Assembly (NCBI RefSeq): GCF_988243305.1
Contig: NZ_OZ547136.1
Direction: 5' to 3' (one strand)
DNA length: 64,000 bases
The position numbers and the translations under genes were made by a program. Shown here piece by piece: positions 8,194-18,372 of the stretch; position 1 is the stretch's first letter; each line of letters begins with the position of its first letter. Below the pieces are notes generated by a model. The model made no database searches. It saw only the letters and a list, made by a program, of their open reading frames with translations, and had not been told where the DNA came from.

Positions 8194-10344
8194 TTAGTGG
8201 TGCGAAGAGATCTTCACGCCGCCTTCCGGGATTGGAACGTACGGTGTTTCTTTGTCAGTACGTTTGTCGCTGTTACGCACCGCAAGCCAGGTTTTGAAAC
8301 CATAGAAGATGATGCTGTACACCACGATCAGGAACAGAATACTCAGACCTGCGTTGGTGTAGTTATTCACAACGATGTGGTTCATGTTGGCAATCTGCTG
8401 CGCCGTCAGGTCAGTACCGTTAGCAATCTTCTCTTTGTACTGGCTTGCCATGTAGAAGAAGCCTTCCATCTGCGGGTTGGTACTGAACAGTTTCAGGCCC
8501 AGCGCCCAGGTGGTGCAGATAAGCAGCCATACAGCCGGAACAACAGTTACCCAGATGTATTGGGTGCGCTTCATCTTAATCAGCACAACGGTACCCAGTA
8601 CCAGCGCCACGGCGGCCAGCATCTGGTTGGAGATACCGAACAGCGGCCACAGGCTCTTAACGCCGCCCAGCGGATCGACCACGCCCTGATACAGCAGGTA
8701 GCCCCACAGACCCACACAGCCCGCAGTACCGATGATACCAGCAACCAGAGAGTCGGTTTTTTTCAGGAACGGGATGAAGTTACCCAGCAGGTCTTGCAGC
8801 ATAAAGCGGCCAGAACGGGTACCCGCATCCAGCGCGGTCAGGATGAACAGGGCTTCGAACAGAATACCGAAGTGATACCAGAAGCCCATGTCAGCCATCG
8901 GCAGTACTTTGTGGAACACGTGAGCGATACCTACCGCCAGCGTTGGCGCACCACCTGCACGGTTCAGGACAGAAGGCTCACCAATGTCTTTCGCGGTTTG
9001 CAGGATCTGCTCTGGCGAAATCACGAAGCCCCAGGAGCTGACGGTCGCTGCCGCGTGTGCGGTAACGTCTTTCAGCTGCGCCATGATGATCGGCGCGTTC
9101 TCGCCACCCATTTCATGCAGGTTAGGCATGGTGATGCCAAGGCCAGCAGGCGGGGTATTCATCGCGAAGTAAAGACCCGGTTCGATGATGGACGCAGCAA
9201 CCAGCGCCATAATCGCCACGAAGGACTCCATCAGCATTGCGCCGTAGCCAATGAAACGCGCGTCGGTTTCATTAGCCAGCAGTTTCGGTGTCGTACCGGA
9301 AGAGATCAGTGCGTGGAAGCCAGATACCGCACCACAGGCGATGGTGATGAACAGGAACGGGAACAGAGCGCCTTTCCACAGCGGGCCAGTACCGTCAATG
9401 TACTGGGTCATCGCAGGCATTTTCAGTTCCGGGTTCAGCACCACGATACCCAGCGCCAGGCCGACGATAACGCCGATTTTCAGGAAGGTTGCCAGATAGT
9501 CGCGCGGTGCGAGGATCAGCCACACTGGCAGCAGTGCGGAAACAAACGCATAGCCAATCAGCGCGAAGGTAATGGTGGTGTCTTTAAAGGTCAGTGCCGG
9601 ACCCCAGTACGGATCGTGAGCAATCACGCCACCGAAGTAGATAGAGGCAACCAGCAGCACGATACCAATGACAGAGACTTCACCCACACGCCCCGGACGG
9701 ATAAAGCGCATGTAGATACCCATAAACAGCGCAATCGGTACGGTTGAGCAAACGGTGAAGACACCCCACGGACTTTCGGCCAGGGCTTTAACCACAATCA
9801 GCGCCAGGACGGCGAGGATGATGATCATGATTAAGAAACAGCCAAACAGCGCGATAGTCCCCGGTACTGGTCCCATCTCTTCTTTGATCATCTCACCGAG
9901 AGATGCGCCGTTACGGCGAGAGGAGATAAACAGCACCATAAAGTCCTGTACCGCACCGGCCAGCACGACCCCCGCCAGCAGCCACAGCGTGCCAGGCAGG
10001 TAGCCCATCTGCGCGGCGAGAACCGGACCCACCAGCGGACCAGCACCGGCGATAGCGGCGAAGTGGTGACCAAACAACACGTAACGGTTGGTCGGAACAT
10101 AGTTCAGACCGTCGTTGTTAATAACCGCAGGCGTCGCTCGCGTGGGGTCGAGTTTCATTACCTTCTGGGCGATGTACAGACTGTAGTAGCGATAAGCCAC
10201 CAGATACACCGACACAGAGGCGACCACGATCCACAGGGCACTGACGTGCTCCCCCCGACGTAATGCAACTACCGCGAGGCAGAATGCACCGATGATTCCG
10301 AGAATCACCCAGGGTATGTGCTTGAATAGTTTTTTCGTATCCAT
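8194..10344 (-). CDS. btsT: CstA-family pyruvate/H+ symporter BtsT (YjiY), 716 aa
   Basis: Multi-pass membrane protein. Sequence from MDTKKLFKHIPWVILGIIGAF matches recalled BtsT. Start trimmed to the known Met. Confidence 0.9.
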   Translation of the reverse strand: MDTKKLFKHIPWVILGIIGAFCLAVVALRRGEHVSALWIVVASVSVYLVAYRYYSLYIAQKVMKLDPTRATPAVINNDGLNYVPTNRYVLFGHHFAAIAGAGPLVGPVLAAQMGYLPGTLWLLAGVVLAGAVQDFMVLFISSRRNGASLGEMIKEEMGPVPGTIALFGCFLIMIIILAVLALIVVKALAESPWGVFTVCSTVPIALFMGIYMRFIRPGRVGEVSVIGIVLLVASIYFGGVIAHDPYWGPALTFKDTTITFALIGYAFVSALLPVWLILAPRDYLATFLKIGVIVGLALGIVVLNPELKMPAMTQYIDGTGPLWKGALFPFLFITIACGAVSGFHALISSGTTPKLLANETDARFIGYGAMLMESFVAIMALVAASIIEPGLYFAMNTPPAGLGITMPNLHEMGGENAPIIMAQLKDVTAHAAATVSSWGFVISPEQILQTAKDIGEPSVLNRAGGAPTLAVGIAHVFHKVLPMADMGFWYHFGILFEALFILTALDAGTRSGRFMLQDLLGNFIPFLKKTDSLVAGIIGTAGCVGLWGYLLYQGVVDPLGGVKSLWPLFGISNQMLAAVALVLGTVVLIKMKRTQYIWVTVVPAVWLLICTTWALGLKLFSTNPQMEGFFYMASQYKEKIANGTDLTAQQIANMNHIVVNNYTNAGLSILFLIVVYSIIFYGFKTWLAVRNSDKRTDKETPYVPIPEGGVKISSHH

Positions 10345-10691
10345 AGTAAAACCTGGCATTTTACTCGTCGTCTTTTGGCTTACAGGTGCGGCAGCTGCGT
10401 TCGTTCACCCCTGTCACTTACTGTTGTAAGCTCCCGGGGATTCACTCACTTGCTGCCTTCCTGCAAACCAAAATCCATAGAGTAATTTGTTAATCATAGG
10501 CCGAAGCCGTTCTAGGTTTGCGTTGCGTTTGAGGAGGTAAATTGACCGCTATCCTGCAGTGATGTTGCCAGAGATACGCGCGCGTAAAGTAAGGTAAATA
10601 ACTGAGTGGTTATTTTAGGGATGTAAGCGGTCAGGAATGGCGGTGAGCGGTTGGGCAAGAATTATTCATCGGGTGGATATGTGATTGAGAT

Positions 10692-10730
10692 CACAATAAA
10701 AATGCCCCTTCGACGAATGCGTGAAGGGGC
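10692..10730 (-). terminator. Rho-independent terminator downstream of hpaC
   Basis: On the minus strand, GCCCCTTC-loop-GAAGGGGC followed by ATTTTTATT, immediately 3' of the hpaC stop. Confidence 0.6.
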
Positions 10731-10736
10731 TGGAGC

Positions 10737-11249
10737 TTAAATCGCAGCTTCCATTTCCAGCATCACCGGATGGAAACGGCGTTTAAAGTAGATAAGTCCG
10801 TGACCTTCTGCACTGAGGATGATGTTTTTAATCTCCACCAGATACACCAGATGTGTGCCAATTGCCTGCACATCGCGGATCTCACCTTCAAGACTGGCCA
10901 GCGAACCTTTTAGCACCGGCTGCGCCAGCGGACCTTTTTGCCAGCATGAGAGGCTAAAACGCTCTTCCATCGCCATGCCTGTCATGCCCGCGAAGTGGCG
11001 TGCCATCAGTTCCTGCTCATGGTTGAGGACGTTGACGCACAACTTGCCGTTGCCCTGAAAAACCGGGTTCATCGCACTGTTGGCGTTAATGCACACCATC
11101 AGCGACGGTGGTGTATCCGTGACCGAGCAGACAGCCGTTGCCGTAATCCCGCATTGTCCGGCGTCGCCCTCGGTGGTGATAATATTTACCGCTGCCGACA
11201 GGCTGGCCATTGCGTCACGAAAGCGCAGGCGTTGTTCATCTAATTGCAT
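10737..11249 (-). CDS. hpaC: 4-hydroxyphenylacetate 3-monooxygenase reductase component HpaC (flavin reductase)
   Basis: 170-aa flavin-reductase-like ORF immediately downstream of hpaB; part of the colinear hpa cluster. Confidence 0.88.
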   Translation of the reverse strand: MQLDEQRLRFRDAMASLSAAVNIITTEGDAGQCGITATAVCSVTDTPPSLMVCINANSAMNPVFQGNGKLCVNVLNHEQELMARHFAGMTGMAMEERFSLSCWQKGPLAQPVLKGSLASLEGEIRDVQAIGTHLVYLVEIKNIILSAEGHGLIYFKRRFHPVMLEMEAAI

Positions 11250-11266
11250 CTTAACCTCCTGCTGCG

Positions 11267-12829
11267 TTATTTCAGCAGCTTATCCAGCATGTTGATATCG
11301 TCGTTGTTGTGCAGGTGCGGCACAGTCCAGCCGTTCTGGTCGTATTCCGACAGGCAGCGATCAACCATCGCCATCATCTTGTCCATATTGCCGGAGCTTT
11401 GTGCCTGGCGCAGACACTGCAGGCGAATCTCATCCTGGCTACCGGAGTAGTTGATTTCATACAGTTCGTGACGACCACCAAATTCGCTGCCAATAGCATC
11501 CCACATCAGTTTGAGGATCTTGATGCGCTGGACGTGATCCATACCGTTCGAACCGCGCACATACTTCGCCAGATACTGGTCGATCTGCGGATTGTTCAGG
11601 TCACGGGCACTGGAAGGGAGATAGATCAGGCCACTGGTAACGTTGCGTTCGATAATGTTTTTGATCTTCGCGTAGGCCATTGGTGCCAGTACGCGATAGG
11701 TTTGCAGTGCGGCATGATCCGGTAAATAAGCCCCGTTGACCCACGGCGTCGCTTCTGAACACATCGAGTCACTCAATGCCCAGAAGGTGTTGCGCCACGC
11801 CACCACTTCACCGAGATCGGCCTGCACACCACGGAACTCCAGGGTGCCGGTACATTCGAGTGATTTTTTCAGCAGTGCCGTAATGAAGTCGAGTTTCACT
11901 GCCAGGCGCACACAGGCTTGCAGCGGATACATACGGGCGAAACCGCCTTCCATCGTCCAGCGACGGCAGCGATCAAAATCGCGGTAGATCAGCACGTTTT
12001 CCCATGGGATCAGCACGTTATCCATCACCAGAATCGCATCGTTCTCATCGAAGCGGCTGGAGAGCGGGTAGTCGTACGGCGAGCCGGTAGCACCCGCGAC
12101 CATCTCATAAGAGGCGCGGGAGATTAATTTCACGCCATCGGCATCCATTGGCGCAACGAACATCAGTGCGAAGTCCGGGTTTTCGCCCATCACTTGTGCC
12201 GAGCCGAAGCCAATCATGTTGTAGTGAGTCAGCGCCGAGTTGGTGGCAACCACTTTCGCACCGCTGACGATAATCCCGGCGTCAATCTCTTTTTCCAGCT
12301 TGATGTAAACGTCTTTCACTTTATCGGTCGGCAAATGACGATCAATCGGTGGGTTAACAATCGCGTGGTTAAAGTAGAGGCCAGTTTCCTGAATACGGGT
12401 GTACCAGTTACGGGCGTTCTGCTCGAACTGACCGTAAAAGCCCGGATTCGCGCCCAGTGCGCAACCGAAAGCAGCCTTGTAGTCTGGGGTACGGCCCATC
12501 CAGCCATAGCTCAGGCGTGACCACTCAGCGATGGCGTCGCGTTGCTGGCGCAGGTCGTCGGCACTTTTCGCCACGCGGAAGAATTTATGGGTATAGCCGC
12601 CGCTGCCGGTGTCGGTGTTCCAACACAGAGAGTCCTGCATCTCCGGTTTGTGCAGCGCGTCGTACAGTTGGGCAACAGACGCTGCCGCATTACGAAATGC
12701 CGGATGAGTGGTGACGTCTTTCACTCGCTCGCCATAGATATAGATCTCGCGACCATCCTGCAGGCTTTTCAGATACTCTTCCCCGGTGAACGGACGTTGG
12801 GTACTGGCGCGGAAATCTTCTGGTTTCAT
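11267..12829 (-). CDS. hpaB: 4-hydroxyphenylacetate 3-monooxygenase oxygenase component HpaB (520 aa)
   Basis: 520-aa ORF MKPEDFRASTQRPFTGEEYLKSLQDGREIYIYGERV... matches recalled HpaB. Confidence 0.92.
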   Translation of the reverse strand: MKPEDFRASTQRPFTGEEYLKSLQDGREIYIYGERVKDVTTHPAFRNAAASVAQLYDALHKPEMQDSLCWNTDTGSGGYTHKFFRVAKSADDLRQQRDAIAEWSRLSYGWMGRTPDYKAAFGCALGANPGFYGQFEQNARNWYTRIQETGLYFNHAIVNPPIDRHLPTDKVKDVYIKLEKEIDAGIIVSGAKVVATNSALTHYNMIGFGSAQVMGENPDFALMFVAPMDADGVKLISRASYEMVAGATGSPYDYPLSSRFDENDAILVMDNVLIPWENVLIYRDFDRCRRWTMEGGFARMYPLQACVRLAVKLDFITALLKKSLECTGTLEFRGVQADLGEVVAWRNTFWALSDSMCSEATPWVNGAYLPDHAALQTYRVLAPMAYAKIKNIIERNVTSGLIYLPSSARDLNNPQIDQYLAKYVRGSNGMDHVQRIKILKLMWDAIGSEFGGRHELYEINYSGSQDEIRLQCLRQAQSSGNMDKMMAMVDRCLSEYDQNGWTVPHLHNNDDINMLDKLLK

Positions 12830-13055
12830 GTCGACCTCTACAGTATTAATCGGAATACGATTGTTAATTTTGTGTGTTGTTTTTGTTATTCAATTGAATC
12901 GTTGAACGCGGTTGTCGGGAAGAGACGTTTCAGGCGAACGTTGGTACTTTTCGCCAGCAAGGTGGAGTTAAATAGTAAACTGCGATCGTGATCAACTTAC
13001 AGTAAGGCAAATCATAATATTCCCCGCTAACAAGGGCTAACGGGGACGGAATTGT
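12830..13055 (-). promoter_or_regulatory. Upstream region of hpaBC (expected HpaA-activated promoter)
   Basis: 226-bp non-coding gap upstream of hpaB. Inferred from known hpa regulation; no binding site mapped. Confidence 0.35.
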
Positions 13056-13994
13056 TTATGGGGCGAATGGAATGGTAATCGTCATATTTTCATGACCAAC
13101 GACGATAGGGCCTGAATAGTTTTTCTGTGCTTCTTGCTTCCATGTTTCATCCGGAACGGTGATTGGTACCAGGTGGCTAAGGATGAGTTTTTTCACTTTT
13201 GCTTCATTGGCAATTTTGCCTACATCCTCAATAGTCGTATGGTGAGAAGCAATGGCTTTTGCCAGTGTTTTACCATTGCCAATACTGTCTGCCAGCTTAG
13301 CGACGGAGGGCTCATGTACGGCCTCATGCACAAGTATATCAGCGCCTTCTGAGAAAGTTGCCAGTGGGGGAAAGTACGAGGTATCTCCTGAGAAGACAAT
13401 TCGCTTGCCTTGTGTGTCGAAGCGATAAGCAAAAGCCTCACCGTCAGGGAAAGGAGAATGAGGAACCTTTAATGCAGTCACGGTCACGGTATCATCTTTA
13501 TAAACTACGCCTTCACCAACATCTTGAGCTGTAACGAGCTTGCGAGGATCGGGTTTTCCTTCTTCTTCCATACGCAGTGTGATGTCCCGATCGAAGACCT
13601 GCCAACTGGCAGCGGTCATGGCTCGGGTACCTGGCGGACCGAACACATGAATATTTTTGTCCTGCAGACCGCTAGCCCATGCATTCATTAAGACTGAGGG
13701 ATAGTCCAGAATATGATCACTGTGTAAATGGGTGAGTAAAATATTATCAATCTGGCGCAGTGGAATATTATTTTTTACCAGTTGTAAGCTGGCCCCGTAA
13801 CCAGCATCAATTAACCATGTTTTATTGCCAATAATAAGTGCCGTTGCCATCGGCAAACGGTCAGCTTTTAATAAAGAAGGGCCACCTTTCGTTCCAAGTA
13901 GTACAATTTTCATTTCTTGCAGTTCGGAGGCGTAGGTGAATGCCACTGGCGCAATCAGGCACGCCACAAATAGTGAGCGTAAAGATATTTTCAT
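13056..13994 (-). CDS. Secreted metallo-beta-lactamase-fold hydrolase (HLHSDH motif, signal peptide), about 312 aa
   Basis: ORF track 13056..14051. Start set at MKISLRSLFVACLIAPVAFTYA (signal-peptide-like). HxHxDH motif (LTHLHSDHILDYP). Sits between hpaA and hpaB. Confidence 0.7.
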   Translation of the reverse strand: MKISLRSLFVACLIAPVAFTYASELQEMKIVLLGTKGGPSLLKADRLPMATALIIGNKTWLIDAGYGASLQLVKNNIPLRQIDNILLTHLHSDHILDYPSVLMNAWASGLQDKNIHVFGPPGTRAMTAASWQVFDRDITLRMEEEGKPDPRKLVTAQDVGEGVVYKDDTVTVTALKVPHSPFPDGEAFAYRFDTQGKRIVFSGDTSYFPPLATFSEGADILVHEAVHEPSVAKLADSIGNGKTLAKAIASHHTTIEDVGKIANEAKVKKLILSHLVPITVPDETWKQEAQKNYSGPIVVGHENMTITIPFAP

Positions 13995-14020
13995 GTCGAG
14001 TCTCTCAGGTTGATAAATGG

Positions 14021-14914
14021 TCAGCGACCACGGAATTGTGTTGGTGAGCAACCCATCATTCGGTTGAAAAAACGGGCGAAATAGGCGGGATCTTTGTAGC
14101 CAAGATCAAGGGCAATCTGGTTGATGCTTTGCTCGCTATAGAGCAGAAGCCGTCTGGCTTCCCGGCTCATTCGTTCGAAAATCAATCTCTTCGGCGATTG
14201 ATTGGCAAAACGTCGGCATAGCTCGGTAAGCCGTGATTCACTCATACCGAGCATTGCTGCATATTCAGGGACCATTAAATGTTGGCGATAATTTTCGTCA
14301 ATCAGCCGATTAAACTTCTGGAATAAACACATCTCGCCGCGCACGCTGCATGTTGAAATATCATTTGGTGGTGCTTCACGCAGTAGGATTGTAAAAATAC
14401 TTTGCGCCAGTGATTGCAATAGAATTTCCCGTCCTGGCTTATTTTGTTGAAACTCCAGGGATATTATCGGCCAATAATGATTTAATGCCGCCAGTGTATG
14501 TTCCATTCCCTCCAGCGACAGACAGATACCTTGTAGCATTGCGGCATCTCCACTACCAGGCCAGAGCTTTTCTACCAGGGGCCAAATTAACTCCTGACGT
14601 ACGGTCAGAACATGCCCGTCGCTATCAGGCTCAGTAAAGAAAGTATGTGGCACCGATGGTGGTGTTAGTACAAAAAGCGGTGCGCGCACAGAATAGAAGT
14701 GCTCATCCAGCTGTAAAGTAATGCGTCCAGTGACCAGATAATGGAGTTGAAAATATCTATCGTGCCAGTGAGGGCGCATATCGCGTCCAAAGAAATTCGC
14801 TAACCTGGCAAATGTTTCATAATGCACATCTTCACCAGCGTAGCGGGCATCATATTCCCGGACCAAATCAATATTTTCATAACCATGTTCAAAGATAGCT
14901 TCACTGGACATCAT
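14021..14914 (-). CDS. hpaA: AraC/XylS-family activator HpaA of hpaBC
   Basis: 297-aa ORF with a C-terminal AraC-type HTH (…YKDPAYFARFFNRMMGCSPTQFR), positioned between hpaX and hpaB. Confidence 0.85.
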   Translation of the reverse strand: MMSSEAIFEHGYENIDLVREYDARYAGEDVHYETFARLANFFGRDMRPHWHDRYFQLHYLVTGRITLQLDEHFYSVRAPLFVLTPPSVPHTFFTEPDSDGHVLTVRQELIWPLVEKLWPGSGDAAMLQGICLSLEGMEHTLAALNHYWPIISLEFQQNKPGREILLQSLAQSIFTILLREAPPNDISTCSVRGEMCLFQKFNRLIDENYRQHLMVPEYAAMLGMSESRLTELCRRFANQSPKRLIFERMSREARRLLLYSEQSINQIALDLGYKDPAYFARFFNRMMGCSPTQFRGR

Positions 14915-14920
14915 GACTCC

Positions 14921-16288
14921 TTATTGCGGTTTTGGTGCGATAAGTTCAGATGAAAGAGAGTGTTCCCGACTCCCCATAGGAATTCGGGTCATGACTAACG
15001 CGCCCAGTACCAGTAATCCTGCTACAAACCACAAACCTGAGCTAAAACTGCCGGTTGCATCTTTCAAAATACCGATAAGTAATGGACTGACTGCTGAACC
15101 TACATTACCGACAGCATTGATGACAGCCATCGCAACGGCACGCGATTGCAAGCTTATTACTTGATCCGGTGTCGTCCAAAAGATAGCCATTGCGGTAAAT
15201 GATCCCATTGAGGCCATAATGATGCCGCTCAGTTGAATGAGGCTGTGATCAGTCGCAGAAGCGAGTAACCATCCGGCAGCGGCAAACAGGTAGGGAAGAA
15301 TCGTATGCTTTTTGCGTTCTTTAAGACGGTCGGAACGACGACTCCACCAGATCATGCCAAAAATTGTGCAGAATTGGGGGATGGCCGCCAGCAAACCAAT
15401 CATGATGTTGCTACTGCCAGTATTGAAACTCTGTAGGATTTGCGGCGTCCAGATATTAATCGCACTCAGAGTATTGGTCAGGCAAAAATAAGCAAGTGTA
15501 TATAGCATGATGGCTGGGGTCAGGACTTCACGTAAGGTTGAGCGTGGAACAGATGCATGGGCAAATGCACTCTCTTGTTCACGGAGAATCATCGTTTTTA
15601 AAGCCTGTTTTTCGTTTTCATCAAGCCAGGTCGCCTGGTCTGGTGTATCGTTGAGATAAAACCAGGTGACGACACCAAGAATGACCGATGGCAGACCTTC
15701 CAGCAAAAAGAGCCATTGCCAGCCTTTTAGATTCCACAGTCCATCCAAGGCCAGAATGTAGCCTGAAAGGATCGATCCCAGCATCATAGTGACTGGCATC
15801 GCTATCATAAATAAGGCATTGGCTCTGGCCCGATGATATGCCGGGAACCACCAGGTCAGATAAACCAAAATACCAGGTAAAAAACCCGCCTCAGCAATAC
15901 CAACCAGCATACGCAGTAGATAGAGTGTTTCGGGGCTTGTTGCAAACATTGTGCAGGTGGAAGCAACTCCCCAGACCACCATGATCCCAGCGATCCATCG
16001 ACGAGCGCCAATTTTCGCTAACATCATATTACTGGGGATCCCGCACATGACGTACGTGACATAAAAGAGTGTCGCGGCGAGGCCAAACATTGTGGACGTC
16101 AGGCCAAGATCCTTGCCCATTGTCAGTCCGGCAAATCCTATATTGATGCGATCAAGAAACGAAAAAACAAACAGAATAAAAAGAAAAATGATTAGGCGAC
16201 GAAATAATTTATTAATGACACGATGTTCAATTTCAACAGTTTTATTATCTTTATATTGCAGGGTAGAGGTCGTCATGATGCGCTCCAC
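14921..16288 (-). CDS. hpaX: MFS 4-hydroxyphenylacetate transporter HpaX
   Basis: 455-aa 12-TM MFS protein in the hpa cluster. Confidence 0.85.
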   Translation of the reverse strand: MERIMTTSTLQYKDNKTVEIEHRVINKLFRRLIIFLFILFVFSFLDRINIGFAGLTMGKDLGLTSTMFGLAATLFYVTYVMCGIPSNMMLAKIGARRWIAGIMVVWGVASTCTMFATSPETLYLLRMLVGIAEAGFLPGILVYLTWWFPAYHRARANALFMIAMPVTMMLGSILSGYILALDGLWNLKGWQWLFLLEGLPSVILGVVTWFYLNDTPDQATWLDENEKQALKTMILREQESAFAHASVPRSTLREVLTPAIMLYTLAYFCLTNTLSAINIWTPQILQSFNTGSSNIMIGLLAAIPQFCTIFGMIWWSRRSDRLKERKKHTILPYLFAAAGWLLASATDHSLIQLSGIIMASMGSFTAMAIFWTTPDQVISLQSRAVAMAVINAVGNVGSAVSPLLIGILKDATGSFSSGLWFVAGLLVLGALVMTRIPMGSREHSLSSELIAPKPQ

Positions 16289-16297
16289 ATCGTACGT

Positions 16298-17101
16298 TTA
16301 GTAGACAGAGTTGTTGTTTTGCTTCGCCATCGAAATAGAAGAACTATTACCAAACCGTGCTGCCAGCGCTTCGGCGGCGCGGGCGAGCAGGGTGGTGTCA
16401 ACGCCGACGGCGACAAATAGCGCGCCCAGTTCCAGGTAGTGTTTTGCCAGTTGCTCATTGGCGATCAGGATACCCGGCGCCTTACCCGCTTCGCGGATCT
16501 GCACGATCGCCTGCTCAATCGCGGCCTGCACTTCCGGGTGTTGCGGATTACCGGCATAACCCATATCGGCGCTCAGATCCGCCGGGCCGATAAACACGCC
16601 GTCGACGCCTTCCACGTCCAGAATCTGCGGTAAGTTCTTCATTGCCTCACGCGTTTCGATCTGCACCAGTACGCACATTTGATCGTTGGCTTTTTGCAGG
16701 TAATCCGGAATACGGTTCCAGCGCGAGGCGCGTGCCAGCGCACTGCCCACACCGCGAATACCGGCGGGGGGATAACGGGTGGCGCGTACCGCTTCACGGG
16801 CTTCGTCGGCGTTTTGTACCATCGGCACCAGTAAGGTTTGTGTGCCGACGTCCAGCAGTTGTTTGATTTGCACCGGATCGTTCCACGATGGGCGTATCAC
16901 CGGCTGGCTGGGGTAGGGCGCAATCGCCTGTAGCTGGGTGAGCACGGTTTGCACGTTATTCGGCGCGTGCTCACCGTCGATCAATAACCAGTCGAATCCT
17001 GCTCCGGCCAGTAACTCTGCGCTGTAGCTGCTACTCAGCCCCAGCCATAATCCGATCTGCGGGCGGCCTGCTTTCAGCGCCGCTTTAAAACTGTTTTCCA
17101 T
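16298..17101 (-). CDS. hpaI: 4-hydroxy-2-oxoheptanedioate (HpaI) aldolase
   Basis: ORF track 16298..17242. Start trimmed to [19 protein letters not shown], the HpcH/HpaI aldolase N-terminus, 10 nt downstream of the hpaH stop. Confidence 0.85.
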   Translation of the reverse strand: MENSFKAALKAGRPQIGLWLGLSSSYSAELLAGAGFDWLLIDGEHAPNNVQTVLTQLQAIAPYPSQPVIRPSWNDPVQIKQLLDVGTQTLLVPMVQNADEAREAVRATRYPPAGIRGVGSALARASRWNRIPDYLQKANDQMCVLVQIETREAMKNLPQILDVEGVDGVFIGPADLSADMGYAGNPQHPEVQAAIEQAIVQIREAGKAPGILIANEQLAKHYLELGALFVAVGVDTTLLARAAEALAARFGNSSSISMAKQNNNSVY

Positions 17102-17111
17102 CGTTCTCTCC

Positions 17112-17915
17112 TTAAACAAAGCGGCAGCTAATGGAGCCCATGTTGCCGTAATCGACGTGGAAGGTGTCGCCCTTACGCGCCGGAACCGGGCGGGTGAACG
17201 AACCGCCGAGAATGATTTGCCCGGCTTCCAGTTGTACGTCATACGGTGCGAGTTTGTTCGCCAGCCAGGCTACGCCGTTTGCCGGATGATTCAGCACACC
17301 AGCGGCGACGCCGGTTTCTTCAATCACGCCATTGCGATACATCAGGGCGGAGATCCAGCGCAGATCCAACTCATCGGGCTTAATGGGACGACCGCCGAGG
17401 ATCACCCCGGCGTTGGCGGCGTTATCGGAAATGGTGTCGAACACTTTGCGCGGGCGCTGGGTTTCCGGATCGATGTTGTGGCAGCGAGCGTCGATCAGCT
17501 CCAGCGCCGGGATCACATAATCCGTGGCGTTGTAGACGTCGAACAGCGTGCAGTTTGGTCCACGCAGCGGTTTTGCCAGCACGAAAGCCAGCTCCACTTC
17601 AATGCGCGGCACGATAAAGCGATCGGTCGGGATATCGCTGCCATCGTGGAAGAACATGTCATCCAGCAGGGCACCGTAATCCGGTTCGCTGATTTGCGAG
17701 CTGGCCTGCATCGCTTTCGAGGTCAGGCCGATTTTGTGGCCTTTCAGCGTACGGCCTTCGGCAATTTTCAGGCGGACCCATTCGCGCTGCACCGCGTAAG
17801 CGTCTTCGATGGTGATCTCCGGGTAATCCAGCGAGATCGCGCGGATCTGTTCGCGCTGTTTTTCTGCCTGATCCAGACGCTGGGCGATCAGGGTGTGGGT
17901 GTGTTTATCGAACAT
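17112..17915 (-). CDS. hpaH: 2-oxo-hept-4-ene-1,7-dioate hydratase HpaH
   Basis: Start set at [20 protein letters not shown] (267 aa). Confidence 0.85.
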   Translation of the reverse strand: MFDKHTHTLIAQRLDQAEKQREQIRAISLDYPEITIEDAYAVQREWVRLKIAEGRTLKGHKIGLTSKAMQASSQISEPDYGALLDDMFFHDGSDIPTDRFIVPRIEVELAFVLAKPLRGPNCTLFDVYNATDYVIPALELIDARCHNIDPETQRPRKVFDTISDNAANAGVILGGRPIKPDELDLRWISALMYRNGVIEETGVAAGVLNHPANGVAWLANKLAPYDVQLEAGQIILGGSFTRPVPARKGDTFHVDYGNMGSISCRFV

Positions 17916-17982
17916 GGCGATATCCTGTGGCATTGCCGGATGCGGCTGCGCCTTATCATCCGGCCTGGAAGCTGGTACAAAT

Positions 17983-18363
17983 TTATTTAAACAACGCGTG
18001 TACGTTGTTCTGTTTGAAATTCAACGTCGGGTGCAGCTCTGCAATCTCAAATGAAAGCGCCAGGTAACGGCTCTCCATCAGTGAGGCGAAGTGCGTTTTA
18101 ATCAGATCAAACAGCATTTCGCCTACTTCCTGACGGCTTTCCAGACTGCGCCCGCTGCCGATTTTTAGCGTCATATGCACAAAGGCGTAATCGTGCTTGC
18201 CATCAGCCATTTGCCAGGTATCGATCCAGTGCGCCCGGCTACGTATTCCCCCAAGCGGAAAAATCCCCGTCGCCGCCAGTGCAGTGTTAACACTGGCAAA
18301 CAGCTCAGGTAAGCGGGCTTCTTGACGAATATTTTCAGTACATTCCACGATAAAGTGCGGCAT
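17983..18363 (-). CDS. hpaF: 5-carboxymethyl-2-hydroxymuconate delta-isomerase HpaF
   Basis: 126-aa [25 protein letters not shown].... Confidence 0.85.
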   Translation of the reverse strand: MPHFIVECTENIRQEARLPELFASVNTALAATGIFPLGGIRSRAHWIDTWQMADGKHDYAFVHMTLKIGSGRSLESRQEVGEMLFDLIKTHFASLMESRYLALSFEIAELHPTLNFKQNNVHALFK

Positions 18364-18372
18364 GGTGGTTCC

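Noticed and set aside
8197-9747. 516-aa plus-strand ORF lying entirely antisense within btsT
   Set aside because: Low-complexity, Arg/His/Gln-rich translation typical of an antisense frame in a GC-rich gene. The opposite strand encodes a well-conserved transporter; there is no start context or homology-like features.
16298-17242. ORF-track N-terminal extensions (for example hpaI as 314 aa, serB as 368 aa, osmY as 227 aa, deoA as 463 aa)
   Set aside because: The track reports the longest possible ORF. Starts were trimmed where the known N-terminus or a Shine-Dalgarno supports an internal start; the extensions overlap upstream genes.
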